DNA of 64,000 nucleotides, taken from positions 49,290,001-49,354,000 of the forward strand of contig NC_042997.1 of assembly GCF_006345805.1 (NCBI RefSeq), in the 5' to 3' direction. A program made the translations under genes and the position numbers. The notes under the pieces were generated by a model. It saw only the letters and a program-made list of their open reading frames with translations. It was not told the origin of the DNA and did not search any database. Positions 1 through 12,475 of the stretch are shown piece after piece; the stretch's first letter is position 1, and the number at the start of each line of letters is the position of its first letter. The stretch comes from Octopus sinensis (lineage: Eukaryota).

Positions 1-257
1 CCTTGCCAACCATTCCACTGATTTCTCCGACCCCAACATTCCCATCAAATCCTCAGTAATCCTCTTATCAAACCAGCTTCACCCCATGAGGTATTTCCTC
101 ATGACTAGATATGTATTTCATGGAACACTAGAAACAAACAACATTGCTTAGTATGACCATTAATGCTTGTTTACAATCACCACTGGCATCAAGACAAGAC
201 CACACACACACATATATATATATTAATCGAAGCATAGCTGCACTAACAAAAGGGACC

Positions 258-480
258 ACCTCCTACAAACAGAGCAGGATTACAGGAACACAAAGAAAAT
301 GTGAGCTGTACAAGTCCAGAGCAAACTCCTTGCCTTCAGTGCAGCAGACCACCAGTGCCCAGCCTGAGGTAGAACATTCCAAGCATGCATCAGCCTGATT
401 GACCACAGTTAGACACACTGTGACCCATCTTCACTTCCCATGTGATATCCTAGTCATCATCGACAATGACAGATGAACAT
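258..480 (+). mobile_element. Decayed 3' end of an RTE (BovB-like) LINE
   Basis: Colinear with the minus-strand RTE 3' end at 57385-57660 (cctcctacaaacag..., gtcatc.tcgacaa.gac.ga.gaac). Confidence 0.75.
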
Positions 481-714
481 TACGTACAGTATCATCTATC
501 CATTACAGCCAATCTTACCAATAGGTATAGCACAAGGAGTACAATGGAGTGTTAGATAACAGTCCAATTATGAAACCCTGTTATCTAACATTCCCTTGAA
601 CACCTAGTGCAAAACTGAAGGATACATAATATTGTACATTCTATTGAAAAATATACAAGTGCATATTTTTTCTGACTTGTGGATTCTTAGACAGCAATAT
701 ATATATATATATAT

Positions 715-915
715 AGGTGCCATGCTTGACTGCTAAATCCACAAGTTTTTTTTATTCTCTCTCTGTTGAAGAGCATAGGCTCGAAACATAAAAGACTTTT
801 TCACTTTCCCACAAGACAAACTAATACACCTGCTTGTTGTTCATACATCTGTCTTTGTCTTTTTGTACTCCACCTGCCTTCGTCTTTTGCTTATTTTCGT
901 AAAGTTTCCCTTTAT
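715..915 (+). mobile_element. Penelope-like element terminal repeat relic with hammerhead-like motif
   Basis: CTGTTGAA-GAGC-ATAG-GCTC-GAAAC at 763-787. A second copy lies on the minus strand at 32158-32335. Confidence 0.5.
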
Positions 916-1215
916 ATATGAAAGGGTAAAGACATCCTTCAGTCAAGAGTGACAATAGGATTGCACCTAGAAAGTTACCATCCGAGGCACAAGTTGGGCA
1001 AGTTTCCCCCCTCTAAATCACTGATGTTATCCAAGGGAAAGGCAAAGGCCAATACATCTTGGCACCAGTGACATCACAGCTCGTTTCTACAGCTGAGTGA
1101 ACTGGAGGAATGTAAAATAGGGCGTCGTGCTCAAGAATGCAACACACAGTCCGGTGTGAGCCCAACACTAACCACTAAACCATGTGCCTTCACAAATATA
1201 TATGTATATACATAC

Positions 1216-1360
1216 ATGATGGGCTTCTTTCAGTTTCCAGCTATCAAATCCACTCACAAGGCTTTAGTAGGCCAGGGACCACAATAGAAGGTACCATACA
1301 ATGGAACTGAACCTAAGGCCACATGACTGGAAAGCAAGTTTCTTAACCACACAGCCACAT
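1216..1360 (-). mobile_element. SINE family A, left (tRNA-head) half, decayed
   Basis: Matches the 5' half of the full copies at 3021-3414 and 61520-61954. Confidence 0.8.
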
Positions 1361-1553
1361 TCTGTGTACATTTGTAAATGTATGCATGTGTGTGTGCAGG
1401 ATGCAGTTTTGTGTAATTGCATGTACACATGTAGATTACACAGTTTTGGAGCATGTTTCATGTTGGTGTATTTACATTTTACTCAGCATTCTTCAGTGTC
1501 TACCTGAATGGTTCATTCAATGAATTGGTAAGCTGTTTCAAGGAAGACTTAAA

Positions 1554-1950
1554 TCTTTATATATAAAAGTCAAGTTGTGTGTCTGTCTCCTACGATTTAG
1601 ATTCCTAACTACTCTCACATTTTGCGGTGCAGTGTAACCAAAACCGGGTATCTTATAGTCATGATTCATATCGAGCCCTTCTGGGTAATAGTGTGCGTCT
1701 ACGATGAGTCTACAATTTAAAAAAAAATTCACCATCATTTTTTTCCATTTTAATGCATTTTTTTCGCTATTAATAAGGGAAGTAACTCTCTAAAAATGTT
1801 TACGATGAGTCAACGATTTTTTTTTAAATTTACCATAATTTTTTTTTCATTTTTAATGCATTTTTTTGCTATTTTTTGGCTATAACTCTCTAAAAATGCT
1901 TTATAGTTATTTCCCTTACAAACCCGAGCAACGCCGGGCGATACTGCTAG
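1554..1950 (+). mobile_element. Non-autonomous Helitron (about 400 bp)
   Basis: 5' A|TC at 1553/1554, 3' CTAG|T at 1947-1951, subterminal hairpin CCCG-AGCAACGC-CGGG at 1923-1938, and an internal ~100-bp tandem duplication (1699-1900). Confidence 0.85.
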
Positions 1951-3020
1951 TTGTATATAATGTAAGAGAGAGGGGAAAGGAGAGGGGGAAGATGAGATGG
2001 GGGAGAGGAGAGAGAGGGAGAAAGAAAGGATGGACAAAACCTGGAGATATAAATAAAGAGTTTAATACAAACAGAAGGGGACATAAAGTGAAGAGGAGGA
2101 TAATAGAGAAAAGGGAAAAGAAAGTAAGGTGATGAAGAGATAGAAAGAAGAGAAAAGGAAAGAAAAAAGAGGGAGAAAAAGTTAAATGAGAAAAAAATTA
2201 AAATAAAAAGTAATGAAAGTAAAAGTTTCTTAAACATAGTAAAAAAAAAACCCAATGAAAGAAATCAAGAAATGTTGAGATTTTTGGAGCCAGTTTCATG
2301 ACAAGTTTCCTGGTTACCAATGTCTACAGGAAAAAAAATACCTCCTAAACAAGAGAGTGGAGGGAGAGGGAGAGAATTAGTGTATGTGTATATGTGAAAG
2401 AGAAGGATTTAGTTTTTAAAAGAGTGCAAGCAAAGCTGATGTGTGGAAGAGAAGATTAGTAACATGCAACTGAATACACCAAGTTTCCTCTTTAAGTGCT
2501 TCAGGAAGGGAATGGTAAGGGCAGAGGAATGAGGTAAGAGTGCAGCGGAAATGGTAGAAAGAAATGAAAAATAGCAACTTTCTGTGTCTTGCGGTGCCTA
2601 GTAAGATGACTAACTAATTATAATTAACTCACCATAGTCTTCTTATGTGATTGAACATTTGTTTAAGCCTGAGATCATAAAAAATAACTTTCTACTAGTT
2701 TCGAACTGTGGTCATGCTGGGGCACCACCTTAAAGGATTTAGTTGAACACATCAACCCCAGTACTTACTTCTAATTCTGGTACTTATTCAAACTGGGGAA
2801 AGGGGTGTCAAACTGTTAAGTTACGGAGATGTAAACAAACCAATACCAATTGTCATGTGGTGGGTGAGGTGCATATACCCCAGAAGGATGATGAGTCAAA
2901 TGGGGAGGCATTTGAACTGAAACAGTAAAAGAATAAACAGAACCAAATACTGCAATCCATATTGTGTGGTGCTCAACTGATTCTACCACCAGCCAATCCT
3001 TGAATTAATTTTATATTTAC

Positions 3021-3414
3021 ATAGGCGTAGGAGTGGCTGTGTGATAAGTAGCTTGCTTACCAACCACATGGTTCCGGGTTCATTCCCACTGCGTGGCACC
3101 TTGGGCAAGTGTCTTCTACTATAGCGTCGGGCCGACCGAAGCCTTGCGGGTGAATTTGGTAGATGGAAACTGAAAGAAGCTTGTCGTATATATGTATGTG
3201 TGTGTGTGTGTCTGTGTTTGTCGCCCCCGACATCGCTTGACAACTGATGCTGGTGTGTTTACGTCCCCGTAACTTAGCGGTTTGGCAAAAGAGACCAACA
3301 GAATAAGTACTAGGCTTACAAAGAATAAGTCCTGGGGTCAATTTGCTCGACTAAAAGGCAGTGCTCCAGCATGGCCACAGTCAAATGACTGAAACAAGTA
3401 AAAGAGTAAAAGAG
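3021..3414 (+). mobile_element. SINE family A, full length (tRNA-derived head, CORE-like ttgggcaag block, internal TA/TG microsatellite, GTAAAAGA tail)
   Basis: A-box-like TGGCTGTGTGAT, B-box-like GGTTCATTCC, and a tandem gtaaaaga tail. The family occurs many times in the window. Confidence 0.9.
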
Positions 3415-3524
3415 ACAATTAACAAAAGTATGGGAAATGTCTACAGGTTGTTGCTGAATGACATGTGTCTGGGATCCATCCATATCCATTACTCTGGATT
3501 GCTAAGAACATAAAATTAAGATGA

Positions 3525-3690
3525 AACGTTGATGTAAAAAGCACTCAGTCCACTCTGAGGGGTGGTTGGTGTTAGGAAGGGCATCCAACCATAAAAACTA
3601 TGCCAGAACAGACACAAGTCTGGTGCAGTCTTTTACTTGGCCAGGTCCTGCCAAACCATCCAACCAGCATGGAAGGCAGATGTTAAACAC

Positions 3691-3722
<32 letters not shown>
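3525..3722 (+). mobile_element. SINE 3' fragment with RTE-type tail ending in (GAT)n
   Basis: gtggttggtgttaggaagggcatcca block followed by a (gat)n tail. A related copy is at 5080-5275. Confidence 0.6.
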
Positions 3723-3724
<2 letters not shown>

Positions 3725-5625
3725 AGCTTTTAATTTAGATCACATTGAAACAGGAAGTTTGAGCCACTGAACCAGGATTACTCTTGGACAGGTTAGTATC
3801 AAAAGGATTAATGACAAAATCTACCCAGCTGCAGGTGGCATACTTCATAGTCATAATTTGACAGCACTGTGGTAAGCTGGGTGATAGTTTTAAAGTACTG
3901 AGTTACATCAAATACATTGGCAGAAATGGCCACTATCCTATCCTGTCTATCTTACAGCTATTTCTCATTACAGAAACTGGAAATAATTCTCATACTTTCC
4001 CAACTAATCCTTGGTTAAATTTAGTTTTATTGCACTACATTTCATGACACTTTCAGTAAAATAATTTAAAGTTACTTCTCATTAACTTTTTGAAATAGAG
4101 AACTTTCTAAAATTAGTTCAGAATTCAAGACAATATAAGCATTGTAGCATGAGGCTAATTAATATTGATGACAAAACTTATTTCTAAATTTAATCAAACA
4201 TTAAAATGTCAACTCTGGGCATCTGTTAACTTCTCTATAAAACTGAAACTAAGCTAATGAGCATGACATACTAAAAATAGTAACCAAATCTCTTTCAAAT
4301 CATAGAGTCTGCCATATATGAATCCCTTAGGGACTCATATATGATTTTTTTTTCTGTCAAAATTTATGTTAATTTTTACATTCAATTCCTAACAATATTT
4401 AATTCTAAAAATATAGAGGGTCACAGTAGATAATGTAATTTTAGATACACAGTGCCAGAGAGAATTATAGGATTGCCAAAACTAGAATATCTTTGGTTAT
4501 GGTCTGCACCACTGAGAGGAAGCTTCAAGCATCAAAATGATCAGCAGTGTACTCAGTACCATCCAGAATATTGCTGGTCTTCTCCCAACCATTTTTCTAC
4601 TCTCCCTATCTGCTCCAAGTCGTATGTATCATAGATCACCTTTCCACCCTTTATTCACCCTTTATCCACCCTGCAACCCTACCAGATTACTCAGGCTGTC
4701 ACCTGTTCTCTACCTTCCTTGCTTTTACGTTCATCCATTCAACCAGACCCCATCTCTAACCATCTTTCACTCTCCCACACACTCATGCAACTTCTGTTCT
4801 CCAGTCCCCAGTCACTTCTATTCACTTCATAACATGAGGGTCCACCTTGACCCCTGACACCTCATCACCAATTATCTCTTTCCAGATCCATTCTGGCCCC
4901 TCCCACCCTCTCTTCTACAAAGCAAGTAACCATGTGGCTCTTCCATAGAAAGAAGCCAGTTCTGGCTTCTTCTCATAATTTAATCCTCTCTTCTAAGATA
5001 AAGCTGTCTCCCTCTCCATTCTAAACCAACTTAGTCAAAGTGGGTCTTAGTCTTGCAAGCCACACAATGATCTCTCAAGTGCTGATGTCAAAACAAAGCA
5101 CCCAGTATACTCTGTAAAGTGGTTGGCATTAGGAAGGGCATCCAGCTGTAGAAACCACACTAAAGCAATCACTGGAGCATGATAAAGTCCACAAACCTGT
5201 AAGATCCTATCGAAATGCACAATTCATACCAACCTAGAACATGGGTGTAAACAATGATGATGATGATGATGATATGCAATATATTCCACATAAATTTGAA
5301 GAAAAAAAATAACAAAATCTCTCCAATATTTAAACGGTATTTCAACTATTTGATCCTATGTTTTATAAAAAGGTATGAGTGTCATAACAATTAAGAAACA
5401 ATGGCAGTTTTAAAATAGCAAAATCCTCTTTGTACAGGGGATACCTAGATTACATACAACTTGAATAAAGCCTATAATTATCTTACAGCTCTGCTTTATT
5501 TACATTTTTACAAACAAGCTAATTTGGTCAAACATAGCAAGCAGTAGCAGTTACTATGTAACAAGCTGACCAAGACAAGTTGCTAAATACTAAGCTTCTG
5601 CACCAGTTTACTTCCTCAACTAAAG

Positions 5626-5692
<67 letters not shown>

Positions 5693-5694
5693 GT

Positions 5695-6098
5695 TATCTT
5701 TCATTAGACTGCAGGCATGTTGGGGTACTGCCTCGAAGAGTTTTTAGTCAAATGATTTTGCTTTAAGCCTGGTATTTATTCTATTGGTCTCTGAAATACC
5801 ACTGAGTTATGGAGATGTAAATAAACCAACACTAGTTGTCAAGTGGTAGTGGGGTACTAACACAAGCACAAAGACATACATACATAGATATGTATATATC
5901 TGTGTGTGTGTATTTATATGTGTGTGTGTATATATACAAGAGGGTTTTTTCAGTTTTCAACTATGAAATCCACTGACAAGGCTTTGATCAGCCCAAAGCT
6001 TCAATAGAAAACATCCAAGGTGCCACACAGTGGGACTGAACCTAGAACCATGTTGTTGGGAAGTAAACTTCTTACCACACAGCTACACCTGCACCTAT
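5695..6098 (-). mobile_element. SINE family A, old full-length copy
   Basis: Colinear with the family-A copies, with CpGs mostly converted to TpG/CpA. Confidence 0.8.
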
Positions 6099-7135
6099 AT
6101 ACACACACACACACACACACACACAGAGAAGTTATAAACTTGTTCATGGTACCACCAAAAAGTTATACATGTGCAAGCAGCTGTAAAAATAGTTTTTTGC
6201 AGCTGGCTGCTATTTCTACTGCTCGCAACTAAATTCTATATTGCTTCAGCTCTCACCTACCCATCAAGAATAGGTACTTCTAGGGCCATCTGGATCAACA
6301 ACCCTGAACTTTAATTACCCCATACCTCTAATTATCAGACGGGCTAGTAATTGACTTTCTACCCTATGGTAGTTTGCTTAGAAAGTTTATTGTACAACTA
6401 CGTGGTTCCGAGTTTCATCCCTCAGCAGAGCATCTTGGGCAAATATCTTCTTTATATCTGGACTATGTCTTGTTGAAGCTACCAGAAGAGAAAAGGAGGA
6501 AATCGAATGGCAGGAGAGGAAAGCTTGACAAAATTAACCTCATCCTCTGTCAACATTGCCATGCAGTCAAGGCCTTTGATTCTTCTATGCAAGAATTGGC
6601 CTACAGAGTCATCAATGGCATCACCATGAAAGAAGCATTCAACAAAGAAGTAAATAAATATGCAGATACAAGATAAAGCTGCCGTGACAATATCTTATGA
6701 GTGGAATTCAAGACAAAGAAACTCTGCAGAAATATAGAAGGCAATAATAACTATTGCTTTTCACTAATGGTGGGAGATTGTTTGGTTTCCAGGGTGATAC
6801 AGTTTTTTTTTATATATATAAAAAATATAATAATTGCTGTGGTTGTGTAATTAGAAGTTTGCTTTCCAATCATATGGTTCCAGGTTCAGTCCCACTGCAT
6901 GGCACCTTGGGCAAGTCCTGGATTAACCAAACCCTTGAGTGGATTTGGTAGAGTGAAACTGAAAGAAGCCCATTGTGTGTGTGTGAGAGAGGGAGAGAAA
7001 GAGAATGAGAAGACTGAGGAATGAACTATTATCCTATGAATCTTCATTAGCTTACAGCTGTTTCTGCTATAAGATGCAATGGACTCATAGCTGAATGCCT
7101 TTTAGCTTCATCAGAGCCACAAATATGAAATACAT

Positions 7136-7208
<73 letters not shown>

Positions 7209-7895
7209 TGGGGGGGAGGGGGAAAGTAGGAAAGCTTCTGGCAAAGTGGAAAGTTTCACAAAAAAATCTTTATATTTAAGTGCAAAGGTCCATCCTCAGA
7301 AGAAAAAGAGTCTAGGAAATGCCCATGCTTCAAGCAAACTACAACACTCTAATATGCATGTACGTGTGTGTGTGTGTATGTTCGTGTGTGTGTGTTTGTC
7401 CAGCACCACCACTTAACCATTGTTGGTTTGTTTGCATCCCTAAAACTTAGCGATTCAGCATAATAAACTGACAGAATAAGCATCAGGCTTTTAAAAAAAA
7501 GTCTAGAGGTCAATTTGCTCAACTAAAACCCTTACAGTCCAGTAACTGAAACAAGTAATAAAAAAAAAAAAAAAACATATTCAAATGCCATCATTTCAAT
7601 TATTAATGCGGTGAAAGAAATGTGCATGCAATATAAGTGAGGTAAAGAAAGAAAATTTAAACAACAGTGATACAAAGGTAGTTTATTCTATGAAAGAGAA
7701 GGACCAAAGGAAAAGATACAAATACCATATTTGCTCATGTATAAGTCTCACCCCTAATTTACTGTTAAATTTTAGTACAAAACTTTTTCCCTTCATAAGT
7801 TCTGCTTGCCCATGTAAGTCCATGGTTTTCTTTCAGTTAAAATCAATTATAAAATTGTGCAACTTATATTATACATGAGTAAATAAAGATAAAGA

Positions 7896-8138
7896 CCCTT
7901 CCTGAGCTATATCTACTCGTAGGGCCGGTTTCCCAGTTTCTGAGGTACATATATTGCCCCTTGAACAGGGGATGCCAGTCTGTTAAAGGATTCCTCATCT
8001 TTGTCACCTAAGTGAAGTGGAACAACATGAGCTGAATTTGCTTTGCTCGAAAATAATGTGTTGCCCAGTCCGAGTATTGAAACCACGATTTCACAATCCT
8101 GAATCCTACACCCTAACCACTAAATCATGTGCCTCCAC
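7896..8138 (-). mobile_element. tRNA-derived SINE, body type D with tail type Y
   Basis: Minus-strand head gtggaggcacatgatttagtggttagg...gtttcaatac. Homologous to 59408-59643. Confidence 0.75.
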
Positions 8139-8183
8139 ATACATAAGTAAATACATTATTGTTGTATTTCACTCCTCAAAGAC

Positions 8184-8657
8184 ATACAGCATCTTGAAAG
8201 AGCCCAGAAGCTGGCTACCCGCATGGTTCTTGGTCTCAAGAATTTGTCTTATGAAGAAAGGCTGAAGACGCTCGACCTTTATTCTCTAGAAAAACGAAAA
8301 CACCGTGCTGATCTCATTCTTGCTCACAACATCATAAGCGGAAAGTGTAACCTCTCGAAAGAGCTGTTCTTTACTCCTGCACCAGAGCGTCGGCTGCGGG
8401 GTCACTCCGAAAAGCTCTATCTGCGACGATTTCATCTCAATCGAAGGAGAGGGGCTTTCTCTGTCCGGGTTGCGGATCCGTGGAATAAGCTGCCAGACGA
8501 GATGGTGAAGATGCCGACGACCGCTCGGTTCAAAGTCTCCCTTGACCACAAGTGGCCTGAACTCTTTACATGAACACCACACTGTACATAACTCCATGTT
8601 CCCCAAAATGGCCTTGCTTTTTGCTTTTTTAGCCAAAAAATTAACTAACTAACTAAG
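8184..8657 (+). mobile_element. 5'-truncated CR1-clade LINE (ORF2 C-terminus plus 3' UTR)
   Basis: LERAQKLATRMVLGLKNLSYEERLKTLDLYSLEKRKHRADLI...RGHSEKL...FSVRVADPWNKLP is a typical CR1 C-terminus. It ends in a (CTAA)n tail. Confidence 0.9.
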
Positions 8658-8734
8658 ACGTTTTTTGATTTTGATTTTTCCAGTTTCAGCTCATGAGCTG
8701 TGGCCATGCTGTGTTTTTTATTTTGTTTTTTACA

Positions 8735-9010
8735 AAACACACACTATATATATTTGTTCTTCATTTGTTTATTGCTGTTCTGATATAGAAGAACAGAATG
8801 AACTAAGTAGAGCCAGAGCACACATGAGGATGGAAAGTGTTGCTGGAGAGGTCACAGATGTGTGATGAAAGATTTCCGGACAATGAGACATGAGTTAAAA
8901 TAAAAACGGTAATAAACGAGCGAAGAACAAATATATAGTGTGCGTATTTATTTGGGAAAAAAGAAGGAAAAAAAATTACCATTCCGAAATATAACAATAT
9001 CCGTTTCAAC
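8735..9010. mobile_element. Fold-back MITE with long imperfect inverted arms
   Basis: cacactatatatatttgttcttc ... gaagaacaaatatatagtgtg. Same family as 40826-41100, in the opposite orientation. Confidence 0.65.
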
Positions 9011-9209
9011 ACGCGGTTCCACATCAGGAATCTTGCAACACAAACTCATAAAAGTAACATTATATCATTATAATCAATATAACTGTGAGATATAATTAAG
9101 CCAAGAAGTATTAAAGGTAAAGATCTAAACTTAGACAACTGAAGTACACAAATTAAAGTGAATGGAAAACCAGATTTTAAAACATGTCATACGTTTGAGA
9201 AACATTTAA

Positions 9210-9430
9210 CCCTTTCGTTACCAACCTGGCTGAAACTGTCTCTGGCTCTTTAGTATAAATGTCTTGTTTTCAAAAGTTCTGAATTAAAATCTACCACCAA
9301 ACCTCAGTCCCATTTTGTGTTCCTAACACTAGCTTAATGATAACGATGTTATTTTACTAAATTCTTTGTTATATTTAAAATAATTGGAAGAAACACAGAG
9401 CTTCTCAAAATAAATACAGTAACAAAAGGG
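9210..9430 (+). mobile_element. piggyBac-type MITE (221 bp)
   Basis: TTAA|CCCTTTCGTTAC ... GTAACAAAAGGG|TTAA. Confidence 0.85.
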
Positions 9431-9935
9431 TTAAGTCAAAAATGATTGAATATATTCGGTGTGAGATGGGAAATCATACACTGTTATGGAATGGAATTTC
9501 CATGATTAATAGAAAACCCACAACAGAATCTTTTAGAAAGAAATCAAATGATGTAGAACGTATGACACTTACTGATAAACTAGTCAGTAAGCTCAGTGAT
9601 GACATCAGCTGGTTTTGTCTATTGCTCAACAACACTCAACATGCATCACTGGCCTAGTAAACAGATCACCTAATGATAATCAAAGATCAAACCAATTAAA
9701 ATGTAAAAGAAGTTGTAAGTATTAAGAAGTCTTCTATCTTGAAAGATGAAGTTAACAGTTCAAAAATTTATAATGATATTTATCACTCATTCTTTTACAA
9801 TTTTATGAGAATTTCACATAAATCTATGCAGGATTGAAAAAAATTATGTATATAGGGAAAATGGTGTGTAAGTAGGCAATAATATGAGTGAAGAGAAAGG
9901 AAAAGGCTGAGTACAAACTGTCTGAGAATGCTTTA

Positions 9936-10546
9936 CCCTTTGACATTCAGATTATCGAATGTAATGTTCATTTATTCACATTGTTATGAATTGATTATGT
10001 ATGATCTCATAGCATAGTAGAGGCGCAATGGCCCAGTGGTTAGGGCAGCAGACTCGCGGTCTTAGGATTGCAGTTTCGATTCCCAGACCGGGTGTTGTTT
10101 ATTGAGCGAAAACACCTAAAGCTCCACGAGGCTCCAGCAGGGGGGACGTGGTGAACCCTGCTGTACTCTTTCACCACAGCTTTCTCTCACTCTTTCTTCC
10201 TGTTTCTGTTGTAACTGTATTTCAAAGAGGCCAGCCTTGTCACACTGTGTCACGTTGAATCTCCCCAAGAACTACATTAGCGGTACACATGTCTGTGGAG
10301 TGCTCCGCCACTTGCACGTTAATTTCACAAGCAGGCTGTTCCGTTGATCAGATCAACTGGAACCCTCGTCGTCGTAAGCGACAGAATGCCAGTCAGTCAT
10401 CTCCATAGCATTGAGATTTTGTTGGTGAGATTGTATATTTTTAGAATGACAGGGTAAGGTAGGTATGATGTGCTAGATCTGGCCAATTTGAACATAAAAT
10501 GAGTAGAATATTTTGGGCAGATATAACTGGTTTAAATGTTAAAGGG
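9936..10546 (+). mobile_element. piggyBac-type MITE interrupted by a SINE
   Basis: TTTA|CCCTTTGACATT ... AATGTTAAAGGG|TTAA. Same family as 36810-37760. Confidence 0.75.
10015..10398 (+). mobile_element. tRNA-derived SINE, body type C with tail type X, with TSD
   Basis: Head ggcgcaatggcccagtggttaggg...gtttcgattccc. Flanking near-direct repeats atctcatagca (10004-10014) and atctccatagca (10399-10410). Confidence 0.85.
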
Positions 10547-10599
10547 TTAAGATACCAATATCACCAGAGATTACAAAAGACAATCAAGAGAGAACTTAA

Positions 10600-10820
10600 C
10601 CCTTTTGTTTCTGTATTTATTTTGAGATGCTCTGTGTTTCTTTCAATTCATTTTAAATATAACAAAGAATTTAGTAAAATAACTTAGTTATCATTCAGCT
10701 AGTGTTAGGAACATAATTTGTGACTAAGATTTGGTGGAAGATTCTAATTCAAAACTTATGAAAACAAGACATTTGTACTCGGAGCCAGAGCCGGTTTCAA
10801 CCAGGTTGGTAACGAAAGGG
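10600..10820 (-). mobile_element. piggyBac-type MITE (221 bp), inverted relative of 9210-9430
   Basis: TTAA|CCCTTTTG ... GTAACGAAAGGG|TTAA. Confidence 0.85.
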
Positions 10821-10845
10821 TTAAGGTGCTCTTTAAATTTCTTAA

Positions 10846-11157
10846 CCATTTCAATACCAGTCTGCCTGAGACTCCTTGTGGTTCATTATTTACAATGGAT
10901 GGATAGGTGTCCTCATCTTGCCTGTTGTTATCAAGATACGGACACCTATCCGTCTTTTGTAAATAATGTACATAATTCCCCATCACCAAAAGTATGGAAT
11001 AGTATTTCCTTATGGTTCTTTGATACAAACTTCATGTTTCTGAAGTGATCAAAGTTTAAAATCTTCCATCAAAATTTCATGTTAATGTATGTTCCTAACA
11101 TCAGCTTAACTTGAAACAAAGATTGTGTATTTCAACAGAAATATGGCAACAAAAAGG
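10846..11157 (+). mobile_element. piggyBac-type MITE carrying an extra internal hairpin
   Basis: TTAA|CCATTT ... AAAAGG|TTAA. The body is homologous to 9210-9430 except for an insert containing the 10885-10967 hairpin. Confidence 0.7.
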
Positions 11158-12213
11158 TTAAACTTGATCAACACTATGGCAAAGGAAGTAATACTATATA
11201 AATGCAAACTTAATTTCGTCTTCTCAAGTATAAAGGGGTGGGGATCAAAAAATATCACATTTATTTTGGGGGTGTAAGAATAAAAAAAGTTTCAAATTTT
11301 GTTTCTGAGTCAATGGGTGGGGCAGTGTGCTGTTGACATGGTTTCAAAACCACTGCTTTACAAGGAAAACAAATTGACTACAGAGGACGGTACTTTATTT
11401 CATCCACTATAGGAGGATGACGGACAAAGCTGATGACAGCAAGACTTGAACTCAGAACTTAAAAGACTGTAATTAAATACTAGAAGCATTTTGTCTGACA
11501 CTCTGATGATAGTACAGCCTTGAAAAAACTATGGGCCCTTGCATATTAAAAATGTCATAGAATGAAAATACATAAGTTGTTTATATATATATATATATAT
11601 ATATTGAAACAGATACTGCTTATTTGCATACTGTTACACACACATCTTAGAACATATGAATAAAATTCATAAAGATAGATTCCCAAGGGAAAATGATGGC
11701 AGAGGAATATAAGCAATATAGATATCAATTATAAGATAGCCGGTCAGTTGGTAGATAAATAGATAGATATACATACATTTACTCAAGAAGTGTAATTTTA
11801 AAGGAATGCTTCTGTTTCAGTACACGATAGCATGTTACCAAAGGTCAGAAAATTGAGGATTCTGCTTAAAGGCTCAGCTTAGTACAAGTATCATATTCTA
11901 ACCTTTGATAAGATAGGATGATGTATTGAAATGGTAGTGTCCCTGTAAAGTCATACATCTTAAAAGAATACATACTTAGACTCTACCATATATAATGTAC
12001 AGAATCCTTTATTGAACTGTAGTCTTCTCAGTTGTTATTGATGAATTACTGTGTGTGTGAGGGGGAAGAGAGAGGTTTCTATCCTGGAATGCATCCAGAA
12101 AAAGATCACTCAACTGAATGGCATAAAAACACTCACAGACATGCTTCAGCTTATGACCCAAAAGAATGCTGTCTCCTCTCTTTGACTATTCTGCTATTAT
12201 TATAATGGAATCT

Positions 12214-12475
12214 AAGGCAGTGAGCTGGCAGAATCCTTAGAAAACAAGACAAAACTGCTTAGTGGCATTTTGTCTGCTGTGTTAAGGGATGTGTCTGGCA
12301 TTTTGACTGTCCTTAGCTTCTAAGTTCAAATTCCATTAAGGTCAATTCTGCCTTTCATCCTTTCGGGGTCCGATAAAATAAGTACCAGTTGAACTCCGAG
12401 GTCGATGTAATCGACTTACTACTCCCCTCCCCCCGGAATTACTGGCCTTGTGTCAAAATCTGAAACCAATATTTC
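12214..12475 (+). mobile_element. SINE family B (gagctggcagaatc head; cctttcatccttt-ggggtcgataaaataagtacc central domain)
   Basis: Head and central domain are shared with copies at 24085-24570, 26890-27092 (-), 48760-49180, 49417-50001, 50340-50510 (-) and 50800-51000. Confidence 0.8.

Noticed and set aside
4500-4925. C-rich stretch with several ORF-track entries
   Set aside because: Probably a decayed minus-strand RTE 3' end (a GRRP..W-like remnant); too degenerate to call and not a host exon.
6374-6740. 100-aa ORF with a CxxC-like QHCH segment
   Set aside because: It starts inside a SINE fragment, I recognise no family, and it is antisense to the laminin intron; likely a TE remnant.
10015-10090. 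tRNA genes at SINE heads (also 3021, 32348, 45460, 61520)
   Set aside because: A- and B-boxes are present, but I could not build a full cloverleaf with an acceptor stem, and each head continues into a SINE body.
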